Shown: one piece after another, positions 19,701 to 28,934 of the stretch | How positions within the stretch are numbered: position 1 is the first letter of the stretch | Layout of the letters: each line of letters begins with the position of its first letter | From: Bacteroidota bacterium | Lineage (GTDB): Bacteria; Bacteroidota; Bacteroidia; Bacteroidales; Paludibacteraceae | Direction of reading: 5' to 3' | DNA length: 64,000 nt | Assembly (NCBI GenBank): GCA_023459355.1 | Contig: JAEWUM010000033.1 | Coordinates: 68,480 to 132,479, forward strand | Notes under the pieces: generated by a model | What the model saw: the letters and a program-made list of their open reading frames with translations, nothing else | Database searches by the model: none | What the model was told of the DNA's origin: nothing | Made by a program: the position numbers and the translations under genes

Positions 19701-19949
19701 ACTACCCAAAACGATTGGATCCGGTTTGGACGGAATAATAATTATTTATGGCTGATTCCTTCAGCAGATTTGGGTGCGGATACCATTGTCACCATTTATT
19801 CCTCGGTTGGAGAAATTATGTACCAAAGGAATATCAATACAGGCAGAGAACCTTATGCCATTCCCGTCTCGGATCTTGGAAAAGGAATGTATGTCTGTAA
19901 AGTTCAGGTGCCGGGAAACAAAACAGCAACATTTAAATGGGTAAAATAA
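16764..19949 (+). CDS. Divergent chondroitinase ABC-like PL8 lyase with T9SS CTD
   Basis: KPDGTGFHHATHYNNY, AGRNP, WSAEIY..ENRFGRYQGHG, GWDWNVVPGTT; CTD IYSSVGE..LGKGMYVCKV..FKWVK. Confidence 0.85.
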   Translation: MLKRKTIYLLVSLLAFSALTAQTFNFEETTVPSGWTAVSGGSLTLSTEHYKEGVRSLCWEATGAAMLTVTFTAYTASTGNSAYLQIYTPQITNDTLIVEFLNSSNVRRTANYLLNYKGWREFNRAYTEYVSSISFTVTSVRMTLKPASAGNRKIYFDQINFNQSTAATRIMGSQWLIDKQFLTANSDQLKLFANPIDISVVSPNAGELTALTTLRNELKRTPAPGTTTNLNLAKSFATGMNITRNPDGTVRGNIVDMSATALTTSVVTDYVTKLEILAAEGLKDTPTLTLFRDLLDHLMDQGFAEGVSFSIRSNDYTASRNIPSKLLNLLPACTPEQQEEVLKLVRWISYYGMMYEPVNTYLQSLNSDVLYLYLPHMMGVALFQQDDAVAVRELKAFKRFLERNTEYVPGGGDVLKPDGTGFHHATHYNNYMYSYQTWAEYIIYLKGSPFRINQSAYERFKKAVLAKYTMATLDLNNTRHYANTLAGRNPFASGLQLYFSRTLFESLIETGGDILGTAIDEDLAASYNFFFKSTKYSVPQKSYEGFHQFNYSPMGIYRKANWVATMRAPTTKFWSAEIYSGENRFGRYQGHGALEITYSGTVANSGYPGNGTGGGWDWNVVPGTTTVHYTSWQEMMPNKNTTDRFDQYTKTKNFSGALSWGDCGIFATDFDQGDTWGSQRFTPTNLTFKKSMYAFDNMIISLGSNISSSGTYSTSMITATNLFQNLISSASSAMILNGAEIARPNTITLPSGQDNWMLTPQGTGYFIPQGNDEIKLIHDTQKSPYETGSDYASPVTSANAAKAYINHGVKPAGKKYNFVVIPGTTSAEMQNLSAQMANNGGSVYQIHKQDQYLHALTYLPKNITAYTFFGASFNLTFGLVKSSTGEHLLMHRPDEVTGRQYFAASNPNLKPVNDAVYGWKSSASQATLTISGEWLPLQESDGVQFHAPSNGETQLTLTFNDGEPLYFALKRPDDTGLDLTTQNDWIRFGRNNNYLWLIPSADLGADTIVTIYSSVGEIMYQRNINTGREPYAIPVSDLGKGMYVCKVQVPGNKTATFKWVK

Positions 19950-19977
19950 AATTGAATAACAATAATTAATTAAACAT

Positions 19978-21177
19978 ATGAAACAGGGTTTATTGACTTT
20001 AGGTCTCGGAGTAATGCTATTCAGTGCTTGTCATAAGCAGGATGCAGGATGTAATCAGGACAACATCATCGGTGATAATGTTAAATTTGCGACACAACAG
20101 ATTGGTCGGCAGGTAGAAATCATTGAAGAGAGCGGTAAAATTTTAAATCCCCGCACGATTAAATGTGATAAAATTCAGTATGTACCTATTGAAGACTGGA
20201 CCAGTGGTTTTTTCCCGGGCACCATGTGGTATATGTATCAACTGACAGGAGATGAGAAATGGAAGAATCTGGGTGTTAAATATACGGAAGACCTCGATTC
20301 GGTTAAATACCTGACCTGGCATCACGATGTAGGATTTATGATTAACACCAGTTTTGGAAATGCATACCGCATAACAAAAAATGATGCATACAAGGATGTG
20401 ATTGTGGAGGCGGCAAAATCGCTTTCAACCCGTTTCCGCCCGATACCCGGAGTTATTCAGTCCTGGGATGAAGACCGCGGATGGCAGGGTACCCGTGGTT
20501 GGATGTGTCCGGTGATTATCGATAATATGATGAACCTGGAACTTTTATTTGAAGCTACCCGCATTTCCGGAGATTCTTCTTTCTTTCGAATGGCAGTAAG
20601 TCACGCTGATGTAACACTTGAAAATCATTTCAGAAGTGATTATAGTTGTTACCATGTGATTGATTATGACAAAATTAAAGGTGGAGTCCGTCATAAACAC
20701 ACTGCGCAGGGATATGCCCACGAATCAGCATGGGCGAGGGGACAGGCATGGGCAATTTATGGATTTGCCGTTTGTTATCGTGAAACAAAAGATCCACGTT
20801 ATCTGGCGCTTACGGATAATATTTATAAATACTTGTTCACACACAAAAACATGCCTGAAGATTTGATTCCGTATTGGGATTTCGATGCCCCCAATATTCC
20901 TAATGAACCTCGTGATGCTTCAGCAGCTGCCGTTATCGCTTCTGCCTTGTACGAATTAAGTGCTTATGATCGTCCTGAATATAAAAAGACTGCTGATAAA
21001 ATCATAGCATCCTTATCATCACCTGCTTATCGTGCTATAATTGGTACAAATGGAAATTTCCTGCTGATGCACTCAGTGGGCAGCATTCCACACGGACACG
21101 AAATCGATGTGCCACTCAATTATGCCGATTATTATTTCTTAGAAGCGCTGCTCCGTAAACAAACAATCGAAAAATAG
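19978..21177 (+). CDS. GH88 unsaturated glucuronyl hydrolase (lipoprotein)
   Basis: DWTSGFFPG, HDVGF, IIDNMMNL, SAWARGQAW, RDASAAA, YADYYFLEAL; lipobox FSA-C. Confidence 0.95.
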   Translation: MKQGLLTLGLGVMLFSACHKQDAGCNQDNIIGDNVKFATQQIGRQVEIIEESGKILNPRTIKCDKIQYVPIEDWTSGFFPGTMWYMYQLTGDEKWKNLGVKYTEDLDSVKYLTWHHDVGFMINTSFGNAYRITKNDAYKDVIVEAAKSLSTRFRPIPGVIQSWDEDRGWQGTRGWMCPVIIDNMMNLELLFEATRISGDSSFFRMAVSHADVTLENHFRSDYSCYHVIDYDKIKGGVRHKHTAQGYAHESAWARGQAWAIYGFAVCYRETKDPRYLALTDNIYKYLFTHKNMPEDLIPYWDFDAPNIPNEPRDASAAAVIASALYELSAYDRPEYKKTADKIIASLSSPAYRAIIGTNGNFLLMHSVGSIPHGHEIDVPLNYADYYFLEALLRKQTIEK

Positions 21178-21257
21178 TGGTTAGTTGATAGTGGTTAGTG
21201 GTTAATTATTACTATCCACTAACCACTGACCACTAACCACTAACCACTAACCACTAA
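21175..21257. repeat. Inverted arrays of a heptamer (TAGTGGT / ACCACTA)
   Basis: About four TAGTGGT-like units face about six ACCACTA-like units across a short spacer and fill the whole intergenic gap. Confidence 0.85.
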
Positions 21258-21260
21258 ATA

Positions 21261-24200
21261 ATGAACCGTATTACCCTCATCATCATGCTGGTCCTGGGCT
21301 TTGTGTCTGTTAACGGACTGTTTTCTCAGGTGAATGAATTTACTCATCCATTCATCCTTTCATTCGAGAAAGGCATTCAACCCGTTTTGGCAGAGCCCGG
21401 TTCTTTTGTATCTGTTTCCGGTAAGCATTTCAAACATGGAAAGCAAAGTTTGCACTGGCAATGGAACAATTCAGGTGATTCGTGGCGGATAAAACAAACG
21501 GTTCCCTATGCACCGGTTAATCCGCACAACGATAATTCGGTGGCTACTTTTGTTTTTTGGGTTTATGCCCCACAAACCTATACAGATGGAAAACTGATTT
21601 TTAGTTTTTATAAAGAAGATGAACTATGTTCCTGGTTTGAATACAAACTTGGGTTTCAGGGATGGAGTGGTGCCTGGGTGGCCTTCGACCGGGATATGCA
21701 GGGAAATCCGCAGGAAGGTATGGATGAACTGCGTGTTAGGGTAGAAGGAGCCAAAAATGGAACATTGTATTTCGATCACATCATTTTGTCTTCTTTTCAG
21801 GATGTCCGTCATCATACGGCTGATTTCCAGGCGCCTTTCATCAATGCCGGGACTACCAATCACTGGCTGACATTACTGGAATCCTGGCAGAAAAAATGTG
21901 ACCTTCCATTGCCGGATGAAATTACTGCACAACAAATCTCAGATATCCGTATAATAGAAAACAGGTTGGTTACCATTCTGATGAACAGAACTAAACCGGT
22001 TTCATTGGCGCAACTGACAAAAAAATATAAGCTGTATCAGGTTCGTTATCATCAGGATAGTAGTATAAGCGGATTACCCGTTTTTTTTGAGCGCTATGGA
22101 GAAACCTATGAGCGTATGGGAGCAATCCGCTATAATTTGCTTTATGACAATGAAATGGGGTTAAGTAAGCTGAATAAGCTGATGTTCGACATGGCTGTCA
22201 CATATCGAAATACTTCCGGTAAAGAAGACAAAGAAACCATTGCCGGCATGTATATCAACCTGATGCGCCACATGCTTGATCAGGGATTCAGAGCCGGCAG
22301 CGCCATGGGTACCTTGCATCACCTGGGTTACAGCATGCGTTTGTATTATGCATCGGCTTTGCTGATGCGTGATGTATTGATTCATAGTCAATTGGATGAA
22401 TCGGTACAACAAGCTATGGAATGGTTTGCCGGTACAGGTGAAATCAAAACAAAACCAACGATATCGGGGATGGATGTAGATGCGTTTAATACATCGCTGA
22501 CTGGTCGTTTGGCAAGTATCCTGATGAAAGCAGATTCACCTGAAAAAATACGATACCTGAGAGCATTTACCCGGTGGGTGAATAACGGACTTCAGTATGC
22601 TGACGGTACACTGGGAACATTCAAGGTTGATGGCACCATGTTTCATCACCGGCATAACTATCCAGCGTATGCAGTAGGCGGACTTGAAGGTGCTGTGAAT
22701 GCAACCTGGATACTGCATAATACTACTTTTGCCATTGAAAAATCCGGTCATGAGAACCTGAAAAATGCGCTTCTGGCCATGCGTTATTATTGTAATTTGA
22801 TGACCTGGCCATTATCACTTTCGGGTCGTCATCCCGATGGTGAAGGTCAGCTTATTCCGGGACATTACGCCCGTTTAGCATTGTTGGGAACACCCGACGG
22901 AAAAGCCGTTGTTGATAAGGAAATGGCTGCTGCCTATCTCAGACTTATTCAAGATTCGGTGACCCCGGATGCACGGGAATTTCGCAAAATGGGTGTTTCT
23001 CCTGAAAAATCACCGGAAGGAAACCGTACTTTTCCTTATTCTAACTTGTCGGTACACCGGCGCAACCACTGGATGGTTACCGCCATGGGGCACAGCCGTT
23101 ATATATGGGCTACAGAATCATATGTCGGAGCCAACCTCTATGGAAGGTATCTGAATCATGGTCACCTGCAAATCATGGCAACGGGTAATCCAGTCTCTAA
23201 TTTCGGTTCAGGTTTCAAGCAGGAAGGATGGGACTGGAATCATTTTCCGGGTACCACTGCTACTGAACTTCCCATGAAAGAACTACGGGCAGATATTAAA
23301 AATTTAGATGCCGATTCGGGATATGAAGAGTTGCTTTTATCCGACGAAGCTTTTGCTGGTCCCATCAGCATAGGCAACAGAAATGGCACTTATGCCATGA
23401 AATTACATGAACATGACAAATACAACGGTTCTCTTCGTGCCCGCAAATCGTTTTTCTTTTTCGATAACCGGGTCATTGCATTGGGAAGTAATATTCGTTC
23501 CGCTTTACCTGAGCAGGAAGTGCACACAACCTTGTTTCAGGTATATCAGCCGGCCGAAATAAAACCGATGTTGCTTCATGGAAAGAAAATCAATACGTTC
23601 CCGGTTCAAAAATCCATCAACAAAAAACTAACTGAAATATCCGATGGACTAAATAACCATTTCTTTGTAAGAAATGCTGAAGTAAAGCTTAGTAGAAGTG
23701 TGCAGCATTCATTTCACGAAGAAACCGATGCCCCCACGCAGAATCCCTTTTCATTGGCCTGTATCAATCACGGCAAAATGGCTGCTACTGACCGCTATGA
23801 ATACATGGTACTCATTCAGCCGGATGTTAAATCACTAAAATCAATGCGTAAAGCAGTCACCTCACAAAACAAGTTTCCTTATCAGGTATTGCAACAGGAT
23901 TCTATGGCACACATTGTACACGATCGTGCTACCAATACTACCGCTTATGTTTTCTTCGAAGCCGGATGTTATCAGGATGATAGCCGCTCGGTTGAAGTTA
24001 ATATCCCCGCTTTGGTCATGACCGAAACACTTGCCGGCAATCAACTGCGTCTCAGTATAGCCGACCCCGACCTGCGTTTTTACGAAGGTCCGGCCGACGA
24101 ACAATACGACGAAAATGGCAAACGCATCGAGCGAAGCGTTTATTCACGCGACTGGATTAACAACCCCTCTCAACCTTCGGTAATAAAATTAACCCTCCGG

Positions 24201-24326
24201 GGCAACTGGCAATTGGCTGAACAATCGGAATACATCCGGATTGTATCAACTTCAGCAGGAAAAACAACTTTTGAAGTGAGTTGTCAACATGGATTGTCGA
24301 GGGAGGTGATGTTGAAAAACAAATGA
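21261..24326 (+). CDS. Chondroitinase ABC (PL8), probably periplasmic, no CTD
   Basis: GSAMGTLHHLGY, KVDGTMFHHRHNYPAY, LSLSGRHP, WATESY.GANLYGRY, GWDWNHFPGTT, ADPDLRFYEG; Sec signal peptide; ends CQHGLSREVMLKNK. Confidence 0.92.
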   Translation: MNRITLIIMLVLGFVSVNGLFSQVNEFTHPFILSFEKGIQPVLAEPGSFVSVSGKHFKHGKQSLHWQWNNSGDSWRIKQTVPYAPVNPHNDNSVATFVFWVYAPQTYTDGKLIFSFYKEDELCSWFEYKLGFQGWSGAWVAFDRDMQGNPQEGMDELRVRVEGAKNGTLYFDHIILSSFQDVRHHTADFQAPFINAGTTNHWLTLLESWQKKCDLPLPDEITAQQISDIRIIENRLVTILMNRTKPVSLAQLTKKYKLYQVRYHQDSSISGLPVFFERYGETYERMGAIRYNLLYDNEMGLSKLNKLMFDMAVTYRNTSGKEDKETIAGMYINLMRHMLDQGFRAGSAMGTLHHLGYSMRLYYASALLMRDVLIHSQLDESVQQAMEWFAGTGEIKTKPTISGMDVDAFNTSLTGRLASILMKADSPEKIRYLRAFTRWVNNGLQYADGTLGTFKVDGTMFHHRHNYPAYAVGGLEGAVNATWILHNTTFAIEKSGHENLKNALLAMRYYCNLMTWPLSLSGRHPDGEGQLIPGHYARLALLGTPDGKAVVDKEMAAAYLRLIQDSVTPDAREFRKMGVSPEKSPEGNRTFPYSNLSVHRRNHWMVTAMGHSRYIWATESYVGANLYGRYLNHGHLQIMATGNPVSNFGSGFKQEGWDWNHFPGTTATELPMKELRADIKNLDADSGYEELLLSDEAFAGPISIGNRNGTYAMKLHEHDKYNGSLRARKSFFFFDNRVIALGSNIRSALPEQEVHTTLFQVYQPAEIKPMLLHGKKINTFPVQKSINKKLTEISDGLNNHFFVRNAEVKLSRSVQHSFHEETDAPTQNPFSLACINHGKMAATDRYEYMVLIQPDVKSLKSMRKAVTSQNKFPYQVLQQDSMAHIVHDRATNTTAYVFFEAGCYQDDSRSVEVNIPALVMTETLAGNQLRLSIADPDLRFYEGPADEQYDENGKRIERSVYSRDWINNPSQPSVIKLTLRGNWQLAEQSEYIRIVSTSAGKTTFEVSCQHGLSREVMLKNK

Positions 24327-24414
24327 GGTTTAGGTGGTTGATTGACATTGGAATATCGGGTGGTAAAGATGAAATTTCAGCATGTAAGTATGATTAGATA
24401 TAAAATAAAATACC

Positions 24415-25200
24415 ATGAAACAGCTTGCATTATTATCCTTTTTATTTTTTTCTTTGAGTTTTTTCCCCCAGGAAACTGAAGATTATATGGATTTGTTGTC
24501 GGATACGATATGGTTAAATGCTTCAAGGAAGAAAATTCAAAACAAAGATTCAGCAGTTTATTTTGCGATTCTCAGTAAAGAAAATCCCGAATCACAAAAA
24601 GTAATCAGCAAAACCTATTTCGTTTCAGGGCAAATACAGGAAGTGGTAAATTATTCTAGCTTAAAACCGAAAACCATCGACGGCAAATATCAAATTTATG
24701 CTGAAAATGGTCAGTTGCTGTATGATGCGGATTATAAAAACGGTAAAAGACATGGGCAACTTCTAACGTTTTGGAAAAACGGGACTCCGAAGCGAATAGA
24801 TAACTACCGGAATGGAGAATTTATTGATGGAACTTGCTTTGATATAGATGGTAGAGAGATTGAATACTTTCCCTATTGGATAAAACCCAAATACAAATAT
24901 GGAGAAGAAGCCCTATTAAAATATCTTCTGAAGAATACCTTTTATCCTCCGGAACTTAGTCATATTGTTGGCGGCAAAGTTGTCGTATCTTTCGTGGTAG
25001 ATGTCGATGGAAATATTGTAGATGTCAAACTGCTAAAAACATCCTTAATTGATGCATTCGATGAGGAGGCTTTACGTGTTGTCAGAAATATTCCTAAAGG
25101 TAGTTTTATTCCGGGGAAACGTGATGGAGAGCACGTAAGGTTTAGAATGAGAATGCCAATTAATTTCAAACCTTCATTTCTGAAACAAAACAACAAATAA
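24415..25200 (+). CDS. TonB C-terminal domain protein with MORN-like repeats
   Basis: YAENGQL..YKNGKRHG..FWKNG repeats; P.Y..GEEALLKYL..YP..GKVVVSFVVDVDGNIVD..FDEEALRVV..PGKRDGEHVR..MPINF TonB_C pattern. Confidence 0.85.
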   Translation: MKQLALLSFLFFSLSFFPQETEDYMDLLSDTIWLNASRKKIQNKDSAVYFAILSKENPESQKVISKTYFVSGQIQEVVNYSSLKPKTIDGKYQIYAENGQLLYDADYKNGKRHGQLLTFWKNGTPKRIDNYRNGEFIDGTCFDIDGREIEYFPYWIKPKYKYGEEALLKYLLKNTFYPPELSHIVGGKVVVSFVVDVDGNIVDVKLLKTSLIDAFDEEALRVVRNIPKGSFIPGKRDGEHVRFRMRMPINFKPSFLKQNNK

Positions 25201-25233
25201 CCTTGAATCAAATAATCTAAATTATAGCAGGAT

Positions 25234-25497
25234 ATGGAATTTAAATCACCGCTCACCATTTTTGTCACCTTTTTACTGACACTACTAAATACTCTTCTGG
25301 CGCAACGCAATCCGGTAGAAATTAAGATTGCTTTTGAACAGGATAGGAGTCTGTCATTCAACTCAGTCAATCATGATTTCGTAACCATTAATGTTCCCGA
25401 AATAAATGGTTACATGGCACGTGGCAGTATTCCTTATTATGGTATGATTGGAGTCGGGATCTCTCCCCAAAAACAGGATTGTTTCTCTATATATTAG
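25234..25497 (+). pseudogene. Short ORF with signal peptide, probably a truncated gene fragment
   Basis: 87 aa; MEFKSPLTIFVTFLLTLLNTLLAQ looks like a Sec signal, then the ORF ends early in AT-rich DNA. No family recognised. Confidence 0.35.
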
Positions 25498-25559
25498 AGC
25501 CTTTAGGAGCAAATATGAAGTAAAGGAGAACTTATTCAATCGTGTTTGATTGTTTTTAG

Positions 25560-25663
25560 CACAAAATTGACATTTTATTAAACAGAAATAAAATCTCAAG
25601 TTTGAAATTAAAGGATTTAAAAACAAAGATGAAATGTTATGTTGTATTGTAAACATAACTTTG
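25560..25663 (+). promoter_or_regulatory. Candidate HTCS operator half-sites plus -7 box for the heparin susC operon
   Basis: CACAAAATTGACAT (25560), AACAGAAATAAAAT (25581, +21) and AACAAAGATGAAAT (25622), then TAACTTTG at 25656, 34 nt after the last half-site. Confidence 0.7.
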
Positions 25664-25693
25664 CGATACAAATTACATTTAAATTACATACGA

Positions 25694-28600
25694 ATGAAAA
25701 AATTAAAACATTTTTTTGTTTTTGGACTATTAATGCTGCAGGTTACGAGCCTGATTGCACAAAAACAAGCGGAAGTTATCGGGAAAATTGTTGATTCGGA
25801 AGGCCTGGAAGCTACCGGTGCAACGATTGTAGTGAAAGGAACCCAAACAGGAACTGTCGCGGATTATCAGGGAAATTACAAAATCACTGTTCCGGACAAT
25901 CAGAATTCTGTTTTGGTTTTTTCTTTTATAGGATTAGAGACAAAAGAAATTAAGGTAAATGGCCAAAAGGTTATTAATGTTGTCCTCGAATCCAGTTCTG
26001 TTATGTTGAATGAGGTTGTTTCTGTCGGATACGGAACAATGCGCAGGAGAGATATAACAGGTTCGGTAGCATCCGTTGATACCAAGGAGTTGGAAAAGGT
26101 TCCGGTGTCGAGTATTGCTCAAGCTTTAAGCGGACGTATCTCCGGGGTGAATGTAACAGCAAATGAAGGCTCCCTTGATGCACAAGTTAACATTCGTGTA
26201 AGAGGTGGTATGTCGATCACGCAGGGGAACAGTCCGTTATATATCATCGATGGTTTCCCCAGTGAAGAATCGGCTTTTAACGCGCTGAATGCAAGTGATA
26301 TTGAATCTATTGATGTGCTGAAAGACGCTTCTTCCACTGCTATTTATGGATCACGGGGCGCTAATGGTGTGGTTGTGGTAACAACAAAAGGAGGAAAAGA
26401 GGGGAGAGCTAATATCAGTTATGAGGGGTATTACGGCACGAAGAGGCTTGCTAAACAATTAGGTGTATTAAGCGGAGAGGAATTTGTGTTTTTAGATTAC
26501 GAAAGACGCAATAATGAAACTACCGCGCTGAATAAGTTTAAAAACCAATTCGGAGAATTTGCCGATATACATACTAATTATGCCGATAGGGGAGTGAATT
26601 GGCAAGATGAGACTTTTCAGCAAGCTAATTCCTGGAGTCACAAAGTAAACCTCACAGGAGGAATAAAAGGTATGAGTTACTCGGCTTCTTACTCTCATCA
26701 GCAGGAAGAAGGGGTGATGATGGAAAGCGCTATGCGGAAAGATAACCTGCGTTTCAGGCTCGATCACAGAATGACTAACCGTATACGTGTCACTGCAAAC
26801 GCGAATTATACTGATCAAAAGACATCCGGCATGGGAACTTCCGAGGAGTCGACTAACTTTGGAAAGATGAGCCATATTATCATGTATATGCCTACTTTGG
26901 GTCTTTTGGCTACAGATGATGAACTGAGAACTGATCCACGCATCAACAATCTGATTACCGATGATGACGGAAATACCATGCAGAATCCGGCTATTTCAGC
27001 AAAGTATGAAACTAATGATAAAGAAATGCGTATTTTTAGCGGTGGCGGCAGTCTTGAAGTCGAATTGCTGAAGAACCTGAAATTCAAGTCGACCAACGGG
27101 CTTACCTACCGTACCCAGCGCAACAGTGTTTTTAACGGGTCGGAATCCATTAACGCTAAACGTACCAGTATCAATGCAAACATACAAAACAATGAATTGG
27201 GACGTTTTTCCACCTCAAATGTGCTTACATACGACTGGAAAAAACGTTACCATAAAATGAATTTGATGGTGGGACAAGAATATATTAAAACATGGCTTCG
27301 TACATTGAGGGTTTCTGCATCCAATTTTCCGAACGACGATATTGGTTTGAATGATATTGGTTTAGGATTGCCGGGTACACTTGGTTCTTCTTTCAATGAT
27401 GATGACGTATTAATGTCGTTTTTCTCACGTGCTTATTATAACATATCCGAGAAGTACATGCTTACCGCATCGATACGTTTAGATGGTTCTTCCAAGTTTG
27501 CTCCTAAAAACAAATGGGGACTTTTCCCGTCCGCTTCTTTCGCATGGCGTGCTTCGGAAGAAGAATTTATTAAACAAATGGGTGTGTTTTCCGATTTAAA
27601 AGTGCGTTTAGGTTATGGCGCTGCCGGAAATAACAATATACCTTCTTATCAATCAATGGCATTATGGAGCTCGGTCAATACGCCTTTAAAGGAAAGTGTA
27701 GCTCCGGGTTACGTGTTGGCCCAATTACCTAATAAAGAACTGACCTGGGAGGCAAATACCACTTTGAACATGGGGTTGGATTTCGGTTTTTTCAATCAAC
27801 GACTTATCATTACACCCGAATTTTATATCAACCGTTCCAATGACTTGTTGATTAAATCTAAAATGCCTCTTTCTTCAGGTTATGAATATATGTACCGGAA
27901 TGTAGGATCAACTCAAAATACAGGTTTCGACCTGACTATTAATAGTGTAAATGTAAAGAATAAGAATTTTTCATGGACTTCTACCTTGACGCTTTCTCAC
28001 AATAAAAATAAAATTCTTTCGCTGTCGGGAGAACAGTCTTATTTGGAAACATCTAACTGGGGATATAAACAGGCTGATTATTTAGTCGCGGTAGGTCGGT
28101 CTATCGGATTGATTTACGGGTTTAAAACAACAGGACTTTATCAGACGGATGATTTTGTTACCGAAGACGATGGAACTGGAAACATGGTTTTCAAAATGAA
28201 TGGAGGAAAATATGTATTGAAAGATGGAGTTGTAAACCGTGCGAATGGAGACGTTAAACCCGGTTACTGGAAATTTGTCGATACCGACGATGCTAATAAG
28301 GGCATTATTGACGACAACGACCGTCAGGTAATTGGTAATGCTACTCCGCTGTTCTATGGAGGATTAAATAATTCATTTACTTATAAAGATTTCGATTTGA
28401 GTTTCTTTATGAATTTCAGTTATGGCAACGATGTGTTGAATGCAACGAAATTATATACATCGCTTTATGGTTGGGGCAATAAAAATACCTTGGCACTCAA
28501 CAATGCCGACCACCGTTGGGTAACTGTTGATAACGACGGGTTACCTTTGATTACGCCGGATGCCATGAATAGTGTTAATACAGGTAAAACGGTAGCTCGG

Positions 28601-28900
28601 TGGGATGATATGGAAAATGGAGATCAGGTGATTCATTCGTGGGGAGTGGAAGACGGATCGTTTTTACGCCTTGCTAATGTCACTTTCGGATATACCTTGC
28701 CTAAAAATATCTCAAAAAAGATATTGATCGAGAATTTACGCTTCTACGCGAGCGCTAATAATTTATATACATTTACCAAATATACCGGATTTGATCCTGA
28801 AGTAAGCACCAGAAACAGTACGGGTACCACTCCGGGTGTCGATTGGGGAGCGCATCCTCGCAGCAGGTCGTTCGTATTCGGGTTAAACGTAACATTTTAA
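25694..28900 (+). CDS. susC: SusC/RagA family TonB-dependent transporter (heparin module)
   Basis: DITGSV, DIESIDVLKDASSTAIYGSRGANGVVVVTTK, LTWEA, HPRSRSFVFGLNVTF. Start moved to MKKLKHFF at 25694. Confidence 0.95.
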   Translation: MKKLKHFFVFGLLMLQVTSLIAQKQAEVIGKIVDSEGLEATGATIVVKGTQTGTVADYQGNYKITVPDNQNSVLVFSFIGLETKEIKVNGQKVINVVLESSSVMLNEVVSVGYGTMRRRDITGSVASVDTKELEKVPVSSIAQALSGRISGVNVTANEGSLDAQVNIRVRGGMSITQGNSPLYIIDGFPSEESAFNALNASDIESIDVLKDASSTAIYGSRGANGVVVVTTKGGKEGRANISYEGYYGTKRLAKQLGVLSGEEFVFLDYERRNNETTALNKFKNQFGEFADIHTNYADRGVNWQDETFQQANSWSHKVNLTGGIKGMSYSASYSHQQEEGVMMESAMRKDNLRFRLDHRMTNRIRVTANANYTDQKTSGMGTSEESTNFGKMSHIIMYMPTLGLLATDDELRTDPRINNLITDDDGNTMQNPAISAKYETNDKEMRIFSGGGSLEVELLKNLKFKSTNGLTYRTQRNSVFNGSESINAKRTSINANIQNNELGRFSTSNVLTYDWKKRYHKMNLMVGQEYIKTWLRTLRVSASNFPNDDIGLNDIGLGLPGTLGSSFNDDDVLMSFFSRAYYNISEKYMLTASIRLDGSSKFAPKNKWGLFPSASFAWRASEEEFIKQMGVFSDLKVRLGYGAAGNNNIPSYQSMALWSSVNTPLKESVAPGYVLAQLPNKELTWEANTTLNMGLDFGFFNQRLIITPEFYINRSNDLLIKSKMPLSSGYEYMYRNVGSTQNTGFDLTINSVNVKNKNFSWTSTLTLSHNKNKILSLSGEQSYLETSNWGYKQADYLVAVGRSIGLIYGFKTTGLYQTDDFVTEDDGTGNMVFKMNGGKYVLKDGVVNRANGDVKPGYWKFVDTDDANKGIIDDNDRQVIGNATPLFYGGLNNSFTYKDFDLSFFMNFSYGNDVLNATKLYTSLYGWGNKNTLALNNADHRWVTVDNDGLPLITPDAMNSVNTGKTVARWDDMENGDQVIHSWGVEDGSFLRLANVTFGYTLPKNISKKILIENLRFYASANNLYTFTKYTGFDPEVSTRNSTGTTPGVDWGAHPRSRSFVFGLNVTF

Positions 28901-28934
28901 TTAATGCGATAACTAAGAAATAATATTTAATCGT

